The translations under genes and the position numbers were made by a program. Under the pieces are notes generated by a model. That model was not told the DNA's origin, did no database searches, and saw only the letters and a list, made by a program, of their open reading frames with translations. Shown piece after piece: positions 50,313 through 62,390 of a stretch of 64,000 bases of DNA. Source of the DNA: Eledone cirrhosa (taxonomy: Eukaryota); assembly GCA_964016885.1 (NCBI GenBank), contig OZ024743.1:322958001-323022000 (forward strand), read 5' to 3'. The first letter of the stretch is position 1. Each line of letters starts with the position of its first letter.

Positions 50313-50722
50313 ATTACAAATGACCAAGTTAGCTAGATTGAAAAATACTAATTAAAATAATACGGTTTGCCTGTCTCGATTTAAAATAATAAATCAATAA
50401 AAACAAACCTATATTGGCAATAGCCGTGATACCTGGACAAATTTAAATTTTAAATTTGTTTCGCAACAATTAAGTGAAATTTCCTAAGTATTTTGAAGTG
50501 AAACTTACCAATTTCTGGATACCTGCAGAAGAGCACAGGAATAGGAAATTTCACTTAATTGTTGCGAAACAAATTTAAAATTTAAAATTTAAATTTGTCC
50601 AGGTATCACGGCTATTGCCAATATAGGTTTGTTTTTATTGATTTATTATTTTAAATCGAGACAAGCAAACCGTATTATTTTAATTAGTATTTTTCAATCT
50701 AGCTAACTTCGTCATTTGCAAT
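50313..50722. repeat. Long inverted repeat (~175 bp arms, 55 bp spacer)
   Basis: 50313-50486 is the reverse complement of 50542-50722, apart from a small indel and a few substitutions. Confidence 0.92.
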
Positions 50723-51792
50723 AATAAATAGTAGGGGGCTAAGAACGGAGCCCTGATGAACACCAACTTTTACGTTAAACTCTTCACTATATTCGTTGTT
50801 AATTCTAACCTTGCTGACTGTTTCTTTATGCATGGCTTGTATAGCTCTTACAAGCCATTCATCAACACCTAGTTTTCTAAGAGCGCACCAGATAATGGAA
50901 CGGGGGACTCTGTCGAAGGCTTTCTCCAAGTCGACAAAAGCTAAGTAGAGGGGTTTACTTTTAGCTAGGTACTTCTCCTGTAGTTGTCGTACAATGAAAA
51001 GAGCGTCTGTGGTACTTTTACCTGACACAAACCCGAACTGCATTTCATCTAGATCAATTCTCTCTCTGATTAGTTGCGCTATTACTTTTTCTGTGACCTT
51101 CATGACCTGGTCGATTAATTTAATGCCTCTATAGTTACTCCTATCTAGGGCATCTCCTTTACCCTTGTAGCAGTTAATGATGATGCTGCTACGCCAGTCC
51201 TTCGGAACAACCCCATTCTGTACGACTTGGTTTACTATCCGGGTGACCATCGTGTGTCCCACCGTTCCAGAAGCTTTCAGCATTTCAGCAACTATTTCCG
51301 AAGGCCCAGCCGCCTTACCCCTCTTCATATGTTTGATTGCCTTACTTATTATACTACCTTCGGCTAACACTGCTGGTCCCTCTATTGGATCGATGTGGGG
51401 GAGACTGTCTTTCTCCCATTTATTCTCCTCATTTAGGACACATTTCTCCCCGACAACATCACGGTTTTCTTTGACACATTGCCTAGCAATCCTGAACACC
51501 TCACGTTTTTGGTCCTCGCATTGTAGAACATGCTTGAACTTTCTTTCCTCTGCTTCCCTTCTTGCGAAGTACACTTGTCTCCTAGCTCCCCTCCTGGCCA
51601 CTTGATAGTCTTCTCTACTTCCCCCATCCCGCCATACTTTCGAAGTCTGCTTTTTGGCCTTAATTGACCCCTCCACCTTACTGTTCCACCACCATGTTAC
51701 TCTCCTCCTGCCTATAGGCCTGCTCCAGCCACAGACTTCGTCTGCCGCCATCAGCAGGTTTGCTTTCAGGAATTCCCACTGTTCCTCTATAT
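50722..51792 (-). mobile_element. Internal RTE LINE fragment (RT N-terminal half)
   Basis: Open frame TWWWN...NYRGIKL...FVDLEKAFDRV...GVHQGSVLSPLLFII. Confidence 0.93.
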
Positions 51793-52349
51793 TGTATGTG
51801 TATATATATATATATGTATATATATTGTTATATTTGGGGAGGGTCATATTTGCGTAATATTGCCAGAATTAATAACAGAACACACTCACTGTTTGGTTGG
51901 TTTTCGCTTCTCGCTGTCTTTTATATATATATATCTGCGATCTAACTTACTCGGTCCTCAATGTTGCCATTGACTGACCGGCGGTCAAAAATAATACAGA
52001 TACAATATAGACAAACACATATATATATAGTTTACATAAATCTTTCGTTGCACATCTGCAACATCGTCAGTGGTGTTATATTCATTGTTCCTCCTGTTGT
52101 GTTGTATGTCTACGCCATTTTTTTTTTGTTCAGTCTGTCTATATATTTATTTATTTATTTGCTTGTTTGTTTATCTTATTTTATTTTGTCTTCTTTGCGC
52201 ATGCGTTTGCGTGTGTGTATAGTGTTATGTGTGATGTGTGATGTGTGACTAGTGTGTATAGTGTTGTCTGCTGGGTGACTAGTGTGTGTTTATGTGCTTG
52301 TGTATGTATTTATTTATCTTATTTTATTTAATTTAATTTACTTATTTAT

Positions 52350-53429
52350 TTATACTTCTCTTAGGTCAGTGTTGTTTGTTTGGGTGTTGTTGTTGTTCCA
52401 CTCATTCTTTCTGTTTAGCTTTGGTCTTCTAATTTCTATTTCACTGGCCTCTCTGATTTGCCTATCTGCTGGGTCATTCCTATGTTTAGATATTATTCTA
52501 ATTTCTATGTTGTCTATGTTACCGTCATGATGTTGTCTAGCATGTTCGTATAGTACTGACCCGTTTTTTCGTCCTTTTAGTTCCCCCCAGTGTTGGTCTA
52601 TCCTTTCACCTATGCTACGAGCTGTCTCACCTATGTATGTTGTTGTCGTGTTTCTGCAAGTACCCTCTGTACATCTTATGCTATAGACTACGTTTCTAGT
52701 TTTACAGTTTATCCGGGGGTTCACCTTACATATGATACATTTCCTATTGGTACAGTGGGTTTTCTTAAAAGGGTAGGTTTTGCTGATCAGGGATTTTATG
52801 GTGGTTCCTGGCTTTTCTACCACCTTTATTTTTAAGTGGGTCTTTCTCAGGGCCTTTCTACACTGGTTAGCTAATTTCCCTCCAGGGGTGGCGTCCACAA
52901 ACATGACACTCTGATATCTCTGGTTGTCGTACCATGATGTGGCCTTCCCTATCTTATGTCTAGCCCTATCTAAGCTATTCCATGATTTGCTCCTGTATAG
53001 TGGGCAAATTCCTTTCATGTCCAGTTCTATGAGGGTCTTATACTTTTCCATGGCTCCTTCGTATACTCTGACTCTGTCTCTTTGGTTGTAGCCAGAGAAC
53101 TGCATGCGGTTGATGAAGTGTTGGATGTGTCCTTCCATTTCTGTTGGGTCGCACATGCTGGACACATTCTTCATCACTCGTACCAAATCTGCGATCAGAA
53201 TATTAAACTTAGCACTACTGGACATTGCTGAGTTTTTGAGTATCAGGTATTTGGAGGCCATGGGTTTAGCATAGTGTGAGTGGAGAATTTGGGCTCTCTC
53301 GTCTATAGTGTTAATCCAGAGTTCTGTGTCTAATACAGGTAGTCTATTGTTAGGGTGTTTGGAAGGGAAGTCTATAGTTACAGTTATACTCTGGTGTATG
53401 GAATTAGCTATCTGCTGGATGCTTTCCAT
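52350..53429 (-). CDS. PLE RT thumb plus GIY-YIG endonuclease (5'-truncated ORF, mirror copy)
   Basis: LPVLD, HYAKPMAS, C..C..C NVVYSIRC, YIGETARSIGERIDQH, RQIREA..I..LNRKNEW. Confidence 0.85.
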   Translation of the reverse strand: MESIQQIANSIHQSITVTIDFPSKHPNNRLPVLDTELWINTIDERAQILHSHYAKPMASKYLILKNSAMSSSAKFNILIADLVRVMKNVSSMCDPTEMEGHIQHFINRMQFSGYNQRDRVRVYEGAMEKYKTLIELDMKGICPLYRSKSWNSLDRARHKIGKATSWYDNQRYQSVMFVDATPGGKLANQCRKALRKTHLKIKVVEKPGTTIKSLISKTYPFKKTHCTNRKCIICKVNPRINCKTRNVVYSIRCTEGTCRNTTTTYIGETARSIGERIDQHWGELKGRKNGSVLYEHARQHHDGNIDNIEIRIISKHRNDPADRQIREASEIEIRRPKLNRKNEWNNNNTQTNNTDLREV

Positions 53430-53561
53430 CGTGCTACGTTCTAAATCAAACTTGTTAGTGCTCTCTAGTGGGGGTGTTCTTATAACTATATTGATATCAA
53501 TATAGTTATAAGAACACCCCCACTAGAGAGCACTAACAAGTTTGATTTAGAACGTAGCACG

Positions 53562-54641
53562 ATGGAAAGCATCCAGCAGATAGCTAATTCCATACACCAG
53601 AGTATAACTGTAACTATAGACTTCCCTTCCAAACACCCTAACAATAGACTACCTGTATTAGACACAGAACTCTGGATTAACACTATAGACGAGAGAGCCC
53701 AAATTCTCCACTCACACTATGCTAAACCCATGGCCTCCAAATACCTGATACTCAAAAACTCAGCAATGTCCAGTAGTGCTAAGTTTAATATTCTGATCGC
53801 AGATTTGGTACGAGTGATGAAGAATGTGTCCAGCATGTGCGACCCAACAGAAATGGAAGGACACATCCAACACTTCATCAACCGCATGCAGTTCTCTGGC
53901 TACAACCAAAGAGACAGAGTCAGAGTATACGAAGGAGCCATGGAAAAGTATAAGACCCTCATAGAACTGGACATGAAAGGAATTTGCCCACTATACAGGA
54001 GCAAATCATGGAATAGCTTAGATAGGGCTAGACATAAGATAGGGAAGGCCACATCATGGTACGACAACCAGAGATATCAGAGTGTCATGTTTGTGGACGC
54101 CACCCCTGGAGGGAAATTAGCTAACCAGTGTAGAAAGGCCCTGAGAAAGACCCACTTAAAAATAAAGGTGGTAGAAAAGCCAGGAACCACCATAAAATCC
54201 CTGATCAGCAAAACCTACCCTTTTAAGAAAACCCACTGTACCAATAGGAAATGTATCATATGTAAGGTGAACCCCCGGATAAACTGTAAAACTAGAAACG
54301 TAGTCTATAGCATAAGATGTACAGAGGGTACTTGCAGAAACACGACAACAACATACATAGGTGAGACAGCTCGTAGCATAGGTGAAAGGATAGACCAACA
54401 CTGGGGGGAACTAAAAGGACGAAAAAACGGGTCAGTACTATACGAACATGCTAGACAACATCATGACGGTAACATAGACAACATAGAAATTAGAATAATA
54501 TCTAAACATAGGAATGACCCAGCAGATAGGCAAATCAGAGAGGCCAGTGAAATAGAAATTAGAAGACCAAAGCTAAACAGAAAGAATGAGTGGAACAACA
54601 ACAACACCCAAACAAACAACACTGACCTAAGAGAAGTATAA
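53562..54641 (+). CDS. PLE RT thumb plus GIY-YIG endonuclease (5'-truncated ORF)
   Basis: Same protein as the mirror copy; homologous to 61375-62350. Confidence 0.85.
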   Translation: MESIQQIANSIHQSITVTIDFPSKHPNNRLPVLDTELWINTIDERAQILHSHYAKPMASKYLILKNSAMSSSAKFNILIADLVRVMKNVSSMCDPTEMEGHIQHFINRMQFSGYNQRDRVRVYEGAMEKYKTLIELDMKGICPLYRSKSWNSLDRARHKIGKATSWYDNQRYQSVMFVDATPGGKLANQCRKALRKTHLKIKVVEKPGTTIKSLISKTYPFKKTHCTNRKCIICKVNPRINCKTRNVVYSIRCTEGTCRNTTTTYIGETARSIGERIDQHWGELKGRKNGSVLYEHARQHHDGNIDNIEIRIISKHRNDPADRQIREASEIEIRRPKLNRKNEWNNNNTQTNNTDLREV

Positions 54642-54917
54642 ATAAATAAGTAAATTAAATTAAATAAAATAAGATAAATAAATACATACACAAGCACATA
54701 AACACACACTAGTCACCCAGCAGACAACACTATACACACTAGTCACACATCACACATCACACATAACACTATACACACACGCAAACGCATGCGCAAAGAA
54801 GACAAAATAAAATAAGATAAACAAACAAGCAAATAAATAAATAAATATATAGACAGACTGAACAAAAAAAAATGGCGTAGACATACAACACAACAGGAGG
54901 AACAATGAATATAACAC

Positions 54918-54955
54918 CACTGACGATGTTGCAGATGTGCAACGAAAGATTTATG
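54918..54955 (+). ncRNA. Minimal type I hammerhead ribozyme-like motif in the PLE pseudo-LTR
   Basis: caCTGACGAt gttgca gatg tgcaac GAAAgattTAtg. Further copies at 52035-52072 (-), 58980-59017 (-) and 62603-62640 (+). Confidence 0.65.
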
Positions 54956-55253
54956 TAAACTATATATATATGTGTTTGTCTATATTGTATCTGTATTATT
55001 TTTGACCGCCGGTCAGTCAATGGCAACATTGAGGACCGAGTAAGTTAGATCGCAGATATATATATATAAAAGACAGCGAGAAGCGAAAACCAACCAAACA
55101 GTGAGTGTGTTCTGTTATTAATTCTGGCAATATTACGCAAATATGACCCTCCCCAAATATAACAATATCTGTTTCGACACACGATTTCATATAAAAAACC
55201 TCGCAAAACTAATATGTATATATATGTATACATATATATATATATATATATAT

Positions 55254-55690
55254 CGGTACTCAGTAATAGAGAAGACCCGCCTTACCTAAATACAAAGTAA
55301 AACCTACTACAGTCAGTAGGCATCTCTAACAAAATACACCCCCGTCCCACCACCCCCACCCCATCCACACCGCCCCTCTCAATGTAAAGTTATGTTGGTG
55401 CCACAACATCCAGGCCGAAACAAATGAGATCGTGTAGGTGTCACGACAAAAAAATCCACAGTCCACGCTGTAATGTGGCCGTGTAGGCAACACGGTAAAA
55501 ACCTCCCAGCCCCGCACTGTAAATGTGGTTGGTGTTAGGAAGGGCATCCAGCTGTAGAAAACCCGCCAGACAGTCCTATGCGAGCAATGACAACCACTCT
55601 TGCCTCAATTGGGAAAACTCCCGTCCAAACCCATGCAAGCGTGGAACATGGACGTTAAACGATGATGATGATGATGATGATGATGATGAT
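55254..55690 (+). mobile_element. RTE 3' end copy with (GAT)n tail
   Basis: Reverse complement of 13311-13735. Confidence 0.92.
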
Positions 55691-55699
55691 ATATATATA

Positions 55700-58600
55700 T
55701 ATCCAACCAGTGTATCAATGCCAAAACGATTATAAGCACAACAACAAGTATATAGGAACAACAAAAATATGAAGACGTCGCATCTCAGAGCTGCAACACT
55801 TAATGTTGGCACTCTCACAAGTAGATCTGCTGAAATAGTGGAGATGCTGGAGAGAAGGCATGTGGATGTGTGCTGCGTGCAAGAGGTGAGGTGGAGAGGT
55901 ACCTCTGCGAGACTAGTCGCAGGCGAACATCTTAGCTATAAGCTTTTCTGGGTAGGTAAGGATGATGGGTTAGTGGGAGTAGGCATTTTCCTGGCTGAGA
56001 GATGGATCAATAAGCCAATAGAGGTAGTCTGAGTTAGTAATCGAATAATTAAGCTTAGATTAGTTGTAGGGAAGAGACTACTGACAATCATATCTGCCTA
56101 TGTTCCCCAGGCAGGCCTAGGTAAAGAAGAGAAAGACTGCTTTTACGAGCAACTTTTACAAAAAACCGCAATGACAGAGGACAGAGACATTGTTATGCTA
56201 GCAGGGGACTTCAATGGTCATGTTGGACAGCTTCAGGATGGTTACACTGGGGTACATGGTGGGCACGGTTATGGCTCAAGAAATGAAGGAGTGAGACTTC
56301 TTGAATTTTGTGATGCAAGTACACTGACTATTTGCAACACTAACTTCCAGACACCTGCCAACCACTTAATAACTTACAAATCAGGCGAGCACATAAGCCA
56401 GATTGACCTCTTACTAGTTAGGCAGCGGGACAAGCAGATGGTGTCAAATACCAAGGCATACCCTGGGGAAGAATGTACCCAACAGTATAGGTTAGTCGTT
56501 AGTGATATCTCAGTAACCAAGAAATGGAATGAGACATACAGGAAGCTGTGGAGAAGAAAGGTCTGGAGGCTAAAAGACCTTTCACTAAAATACAAATTTA
56601 GGAAAGCCCTTCAAGATGTGTATGACGAAAAAGAAGACGATTTAGAGACGTATGAGATAGATAATAACTGGAATTTCTTATGTGACAACTTACTGCAGAC
56701 TACTGATGAAACGTGTGGCTAGAGCAGAGCTCCAACCAGACAGAGAGTGACCTGGTGGTGGAACAACACAGTAGATGAGGCAATTACAGACAAAAGCCTA
56801 GCATGGAAGTCTTGGGAAAAGGGTGGGAGTATTGAAGGATATACAGCCGCTGCGAGAGAAGCTAAACGTCAGGTGTACTTAGCACGCAGGGAGGCTGAGA
56901 GTAGGACATTTGCCAATGTTCTGCGACTGGAAGATCAGAGGCGTGCGGTGTTCCACATTGCAAGGCAGTATGTCAATGCAAATGAGGATGTTGTTGGAGA
57001 TAAATGTGTCTGGAATGATGCCGGTGTACTTAGTGTCACAAATGATCAGAAAAAGGAGGCCTGGACATTATGAGAGACTCATGAATGTGGAGAACGAATG
57101 GGAGAGAGAGAAATTACCCTCAGTAGATCCAACAGAGGGAGCAGCTATTGGGATTGACGAATATAGGGTCCAAGAGGCGATTAAGGAAATGAAAAATGGT
57201 AAGACTGCTGGACCGTCGGGGATAGTTGCTGAGATGCTGAAGGCATCGGGGGACATAGGCACTAAACTGGTTGCACGCATCATCAATCATGCTATATATG
57301 GTGGTGTCATACCCAAAGACTGGTGCAGCAGTATTCTGATAAATTGCTACAAAGGTAAAGGGGATACTCTGGAGAGGATCAATTATACGGGCATAAAGCT
57401 GATGGATCAGGTTATGAAAGTGGCAGAGAGAATATTAGCGCAACCGATTAGAGAAAGCCTCAAATTAGAAGAGATGCAGTTTGGTTTTGTGCCTGGGAAG
57501 AGTACAACAGATGCTCTCTTCTTGGTGAGACAATTACAAGAGAGGTTCTTAGAAAAGAATAAGCCACTATACTTAGCCTTTGTTGACCTAGAGAAGGCCT
57601 TTGATAGGGTACTCCGATCTGTCATCTGGTGGTCCTTAAGGAAACTAGGTGTAGAGGAATGGCTTGTCAGGACAGTGCAAATTTTGTACTGAGGTGCTGT
57701 CAGTAAAGTCAGGGTAGGAATGGAGTTTAGTAAGGAATTCTAGATACAAGTAGGAGTACTTCAAGGTTCGGTCCTCAGCCTGCTCTTGTTCATTATAGTC
57801 CTCCAAGCCACAACAGAGGAGTTTAAGACTGGCTGTCCATGGGAACTTCTCTATGCTGACGATCTGGTTCTTATAGCAAAATCAGTAGAGGAGCTAGAGA
57901 ATAAATCTGGCTATGGAAACAGCAGTTGGAAGCAAGAGGACTGAGAGTGAACCTAGCTAAGACAAAAGTGTTGATGAGTAGAAAAGAGGACAAAACTCTG
58001 ATTCCATCAGGGAAATGGCCATGTTCGATATGCAATGCACACAATGCAGATCCTGGGTACACAAGAGATGTAGTGGGATAGCAGGCAAATTAACAGGTAG
58101 GGAGAAATACGTATGCAGTAGATGTACAGGGAAATTAGACAGAAGTCGCATTGCTAGACACATTTTTCAAATGCAGGTGGGTGCTATAGAAGTGGTGGAT
58201 AGCTTCCGGTACCTAGGAGATCAGATTAGCATGGGAGGGGGGGTGTTCGAGGCCATAGTATCTAGAATAAGGACGGGTTGGAAGAAATTTAAGGAGCCGC
58301 TTCCTCTGCTGACGAAGAGGGGTTTCTCCCTGCGTACGAAAGGCTGGTTATATGATGCCTGTGTGAGGAGCGCGATTCTGCATGGTAGTGAGACATGGGC
58401 AGCAACTGCAGAGGATATGCTACGGCTGGAGAGAAATGAGGCAAGCATGCTCCATTGGGTGTGCAATGTCAATGTGCGTGAACGACCCAGCATGAATGTG
58501 TTGAGTGAGAAACTGTGTCTCAGAGGGATAGAATGTAAGTGCGAGAGAGGAGACTGAGGTGGTATGGACATGTGATGCGCATGGAGGATGACCGATGGGT

Positions 58601-58730
58601 GAAGAAGGGCCAGGAAATGCCAGTTGAAGGAAGACATGGTAGAGGTAGACCATGAAAAACATGGGCGGAGGTGGTGAGAACAGACTTCAGATCGCTGTAG
58701 CTCACGGTGGAGATGACGGAGGACCGTGAC
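55700..58730 (+). mobile_element. Near full-length, degraded RTE LINE (APE endonuclease, RT, PHD-like finger)
   Basis: TLNVGTL, CVQEVRW, SAYVPQ, GDFNGHVG, SQID; NYTGIKL, DLEKAFD, YADD, WVHKRC, RLRWYGHV; multiple stops. Confidence 0.94.
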
Positions 58731-59129
58731 AATATATATTTGTTTTGCGAGCTTTTTGATATGAAATCATGTGTCGAAACAAATATTGTTATACTTGGGG
58801 AGGGTCATATTGTTGTAAAAATATTGCCAGAAATAATAACAGAACACACTCACTGTTTTCACTTCTGTATCTTTTATATCTTCACAGTTAATTCATTTGG
58901 TCCTCAATGTTTATCATTGACTGACCAACGGTTAAAAATACAGATATAATATAGATATAAACACATATATATAGTTTAACAAAGGTCTTTCGTTGCACAT
59001 CTGCAACATCATCAGTGGTACTATTATGTTCCTCCTGTTGTATTGTATGTCTACGCCATTTTTTATTTTATCTGTTTATTTATTTTTTATTTTTTGTCTT
59101 CTTCTCTGCGCATGCGTTTGCGTGTGTGT
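58731..59129 (-). mobile_element. Inverted pseudo-LTR copy of the downstream PLE
   Basis: Reverse complement of about 62490-62840; also related to 54770-55210. Confidence 0.88.
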
Positions 59130-59139
59130 TGGAATGCGA

Positions 59140-59765
59140 AAATAAGCAACAACTATACGGACAACAACAATAATAACGATAGTAGTAATATAAACAATAA
59201 CTCGGAGTATAGAAATAACAGCTATAATAGTAATAGTCATAACAATAACAATAGCAGGAGAGTGAGAAATAGTAATAATAATAATGGTAGTAAAATTAAC
59301 GATAGACAGAACAACAACAACAACAACAAAAACAAGAAACATAATAAAAATAACAACCACAATGGTGGAAATAACAGTAACAACAACAATAACAATAGAG
59401 AAAACAACAACAATACATCTAACAATCATAACTGTGGTTAGAAAAAGCTACTCCACTTACCCCTTTCGCTGGCACCGCTAATCCAATGGCTGGTTACTCC
59501 TCTCCCACGTGCGTACAATCCAACTCGTTAACCGGGAGCTCCAAGACTGACGTCCACCACGTTCGCTGACCACCCTAGAGAGAGGCAGATCTGCTGGCCC
59601 TTCCGGTCGAGCACCCTTCCGGTCGAGCACCCTTCCGGTCGAGCACTCCCCAGCCTCCGGCCACCGCACACCACACCATACCCACAATAACAATAACAAT
59701 AATGTTAATGGTAGGAACAACAACAACCATAATAACAATAATAGCAACACACACAACTATGATGA
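59140..59765. repeat. (AAC/AAT)-rich low-complexity region enclosing a GC-rich island with a 16-bp triple repeat
   Basis: cccttccggtcgagca occurs three times at about 59598-59645. Confidence 0.85.
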
Positions 59766-59771
59766 TAGATA

Positions 59772-60017
59772 TAATTGTTTCTACTTTTGGCACAAGGCCA
59801 GTAAATATCCAGTTCATTACTGGTACTTTATTTTATTGATCCCGTAAGGATGAAAGGCAAAGTTAACCTCGACGGGATTCGAACTCAGACCGTAAAGGGG
59901 CGAAACTATGCTGGAAAGCATGGCGTCCGACCCTCTACCTATACTAGAAGGTCGGAAACCATGCTTTCCAGCATAGTTACGCCCCTTTACGGTCTGAGTT
60001 CAAATCCCGTCGAGGTT
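59772..60017 (-). mobile_element. SINE with an inverted duplication of its head
   Basis: 59865-59937 and 59945-60017 are inverted copies. Confidence 0.85.
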
Positions 60018-62355
60018 GTGAACTCATATAATGACAACCCCTTAGAGAAACTATTCTTCAACCCAGCTGACAAAACATATAAGATGAGTAAAATTTATCC
60101 TACAAGGTTACCGTTCAATAAAAGAGTTTTTTTTACCACAACAAATAGATGACGAGACAGAAGCACAGTTCACCATAGCTAGAAATAAGATTAGACAAAT
60201 AGTAGACCGATATACTAAGAGACAAAGCAGATCAGAGGTCCAACAACTTGGAAGGAAACCTGTAGAAGGCTTAGTTAGCCTCAAGCAGCGCACAAGGGAT
60301 GGCGAGGTAGTGTGTCTACCCACAGATAAGTCTGGTAGGATGTCGATAGACAACATACCGAACTATATCAAAGCTATGCAATCCCACATCACCAACACGA
60401 GCTAAATTACACAACAAACACATGAGGAGAGAGAGAAGATCGTCAACGCTCACATGATGATGTGGACCGACATCCTAAAGTCAAGCAGATGCACTGCCAA
60501 CAACTTTCAGGCGTCTAACAATGACATACCACCCTTGTGTGAGCTCCGCAAAGACCATAAGATAGTCGACGACCCGATAACAGGACCACCAACAAGACCT
60601 GTATGCGGAGCCAATATCGCTAGCAACTACAGGATCTCCTACTTCCTCTCAATGGTTATACGCCCCATAATCAAGATGTCCCCAGATGTATGTGACAGTA
60701 CAGAGGACCTCTTCAGCAGAATCAATGAGTGCAACAAAAACAAAAACCTATCTAACTGCATAATAGGCAATATGGACGTGGTGTCACTATACCCATCCAT
60801 TAATATTGATTTTGCTGTGGAAAAATGTGTGGAGATGATCAGTGAGAGTGAGGTGGAGTTCTGCGACGTCGACACAGATGAACTGGGCCTCCTACTTAGA
60901 CTTACCTATGACACTGAGTACCTAAACAGCCATGACTTTAGTCGTTTCTGCCCCAGTAGACCCCCCCCCCCCCACACACACCATAACGTCAATGGCAAAA
61001 AAGACTCCTATGGGCAGGTGATTGGGTGGACCAAAGCCATACGGACCCGCCACAACAATGATCAGGTAAGAAAAATGGTCGCGCATGCAATAAGGGCCAG
61101 TATTAAAACTACCCTAAAGGGCCATATATTCAAATTCAACGAAAAGATCTACACCCAAAATGAGGGAGCAGCCATTGGCGCCAGCATAGCTGGTGACGTT
61201 GCCAACCTTTTTATGGTATGGTGGGAAAGGAGACTCAAAGATCTCCTTGATGAGAGCTCCATAGACCCCATCATGTACTCTCGTTACGTAGATGATATTA
61301 ACATTGTAATAAGGGCACCCACACAAGAGGGTACTAACAAATATGATTTAGAATGTAGCACTGTATATAACTGTAACTATCGACTACCCTTCTAAACACC
61401 CTAACAATAGACTACCTGTATTAGACACGGAACTCTGGATTAACACTATAGACGAGAGGGACCAAATTCTCCACTCACACTACGCTAAACCCATGGCCTC
61501 CAAATAGCTGATACTCAAAAACTCAGCAATGTCCAGTAGTGCTAAGTTTAATATTCTGATCGCAGACTTGGTACGAGTGATGAAGAACGTGTCCCTCATG
61601 TGCGACCCAACAGAAATGGAAAGACACATTCAACACTTCATCAACCGCATGCAGTTCTCTGGCTACAACCAAAGAGACAGAATCAGAGTATACAAAGGAC
61701 CCACGGAGAAGTATAAAACCCTCATAGAACTGGACATGAAAGGAATTTGCCCATTCTACAGGAGCAAATCATGGAATAGCTTAGATAGGACTAAACATAA
61801 GATAGGGAAAGCCACCTCATGGTACGACAACCAGAGATACCAGAGTGTCATGTTCGTGAACGCTACCTCTGGAGGGAAATTAGCTAACCAGTGTAGAAAG
61901 ACCCACTTAAAGATTAAAGTGGTAGAAAAGCCAGGAACTACCATAAAATCCCTGATCAGCAAAAAATACCCTTTTAAGAAAACCCACTGTACTAATAGGA
62001 AATGTGTTATATGTAAAGTAAACCACCAGATAAACTGTAAAACTAGAAATGTAGTCTATAGCATAAGATGTACAGAGGGTACTTGCAGAAACATGACAAC
62101 AAGAAGTATAGGAGAAAGAATAGACCAACACTGGGGGAATTAAAAGAACGAAAAAAAAAGGTTCAGTACTATACTAACAAACCAGACAACAACATGACAG
62201 TAACATAGACAACATAGAAATTAAAATAATATCTAAACATAGAAATGACCCAGCAGATAGACAAATGAATAGAGCTTAGAAAGCTAAAGCTAAACAGAAA
62301 GAATGAATGGAATAACAACAATACCCAAACAAACAATACTGACTTAAGAGAAATA

Positions 62356-62390
<35 letters not shown>

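Larger units (their letters stand above)
51822..55168. mobile_element. Penelope-like element present as a spacer-less inverted duplication
   Basis: Axis at 53495/53496 (ttgat|atcaa). Arms carry identical 359 aa ORFs and the pseudo-LTR. Confidence 0.95.

Noticed and set aside
59043-59441. Asn-rich ORF
   Set aside because: Starts in the inverted pseudo-LTR and runs through an (AAC/AAT)n tract; no domain evidence.
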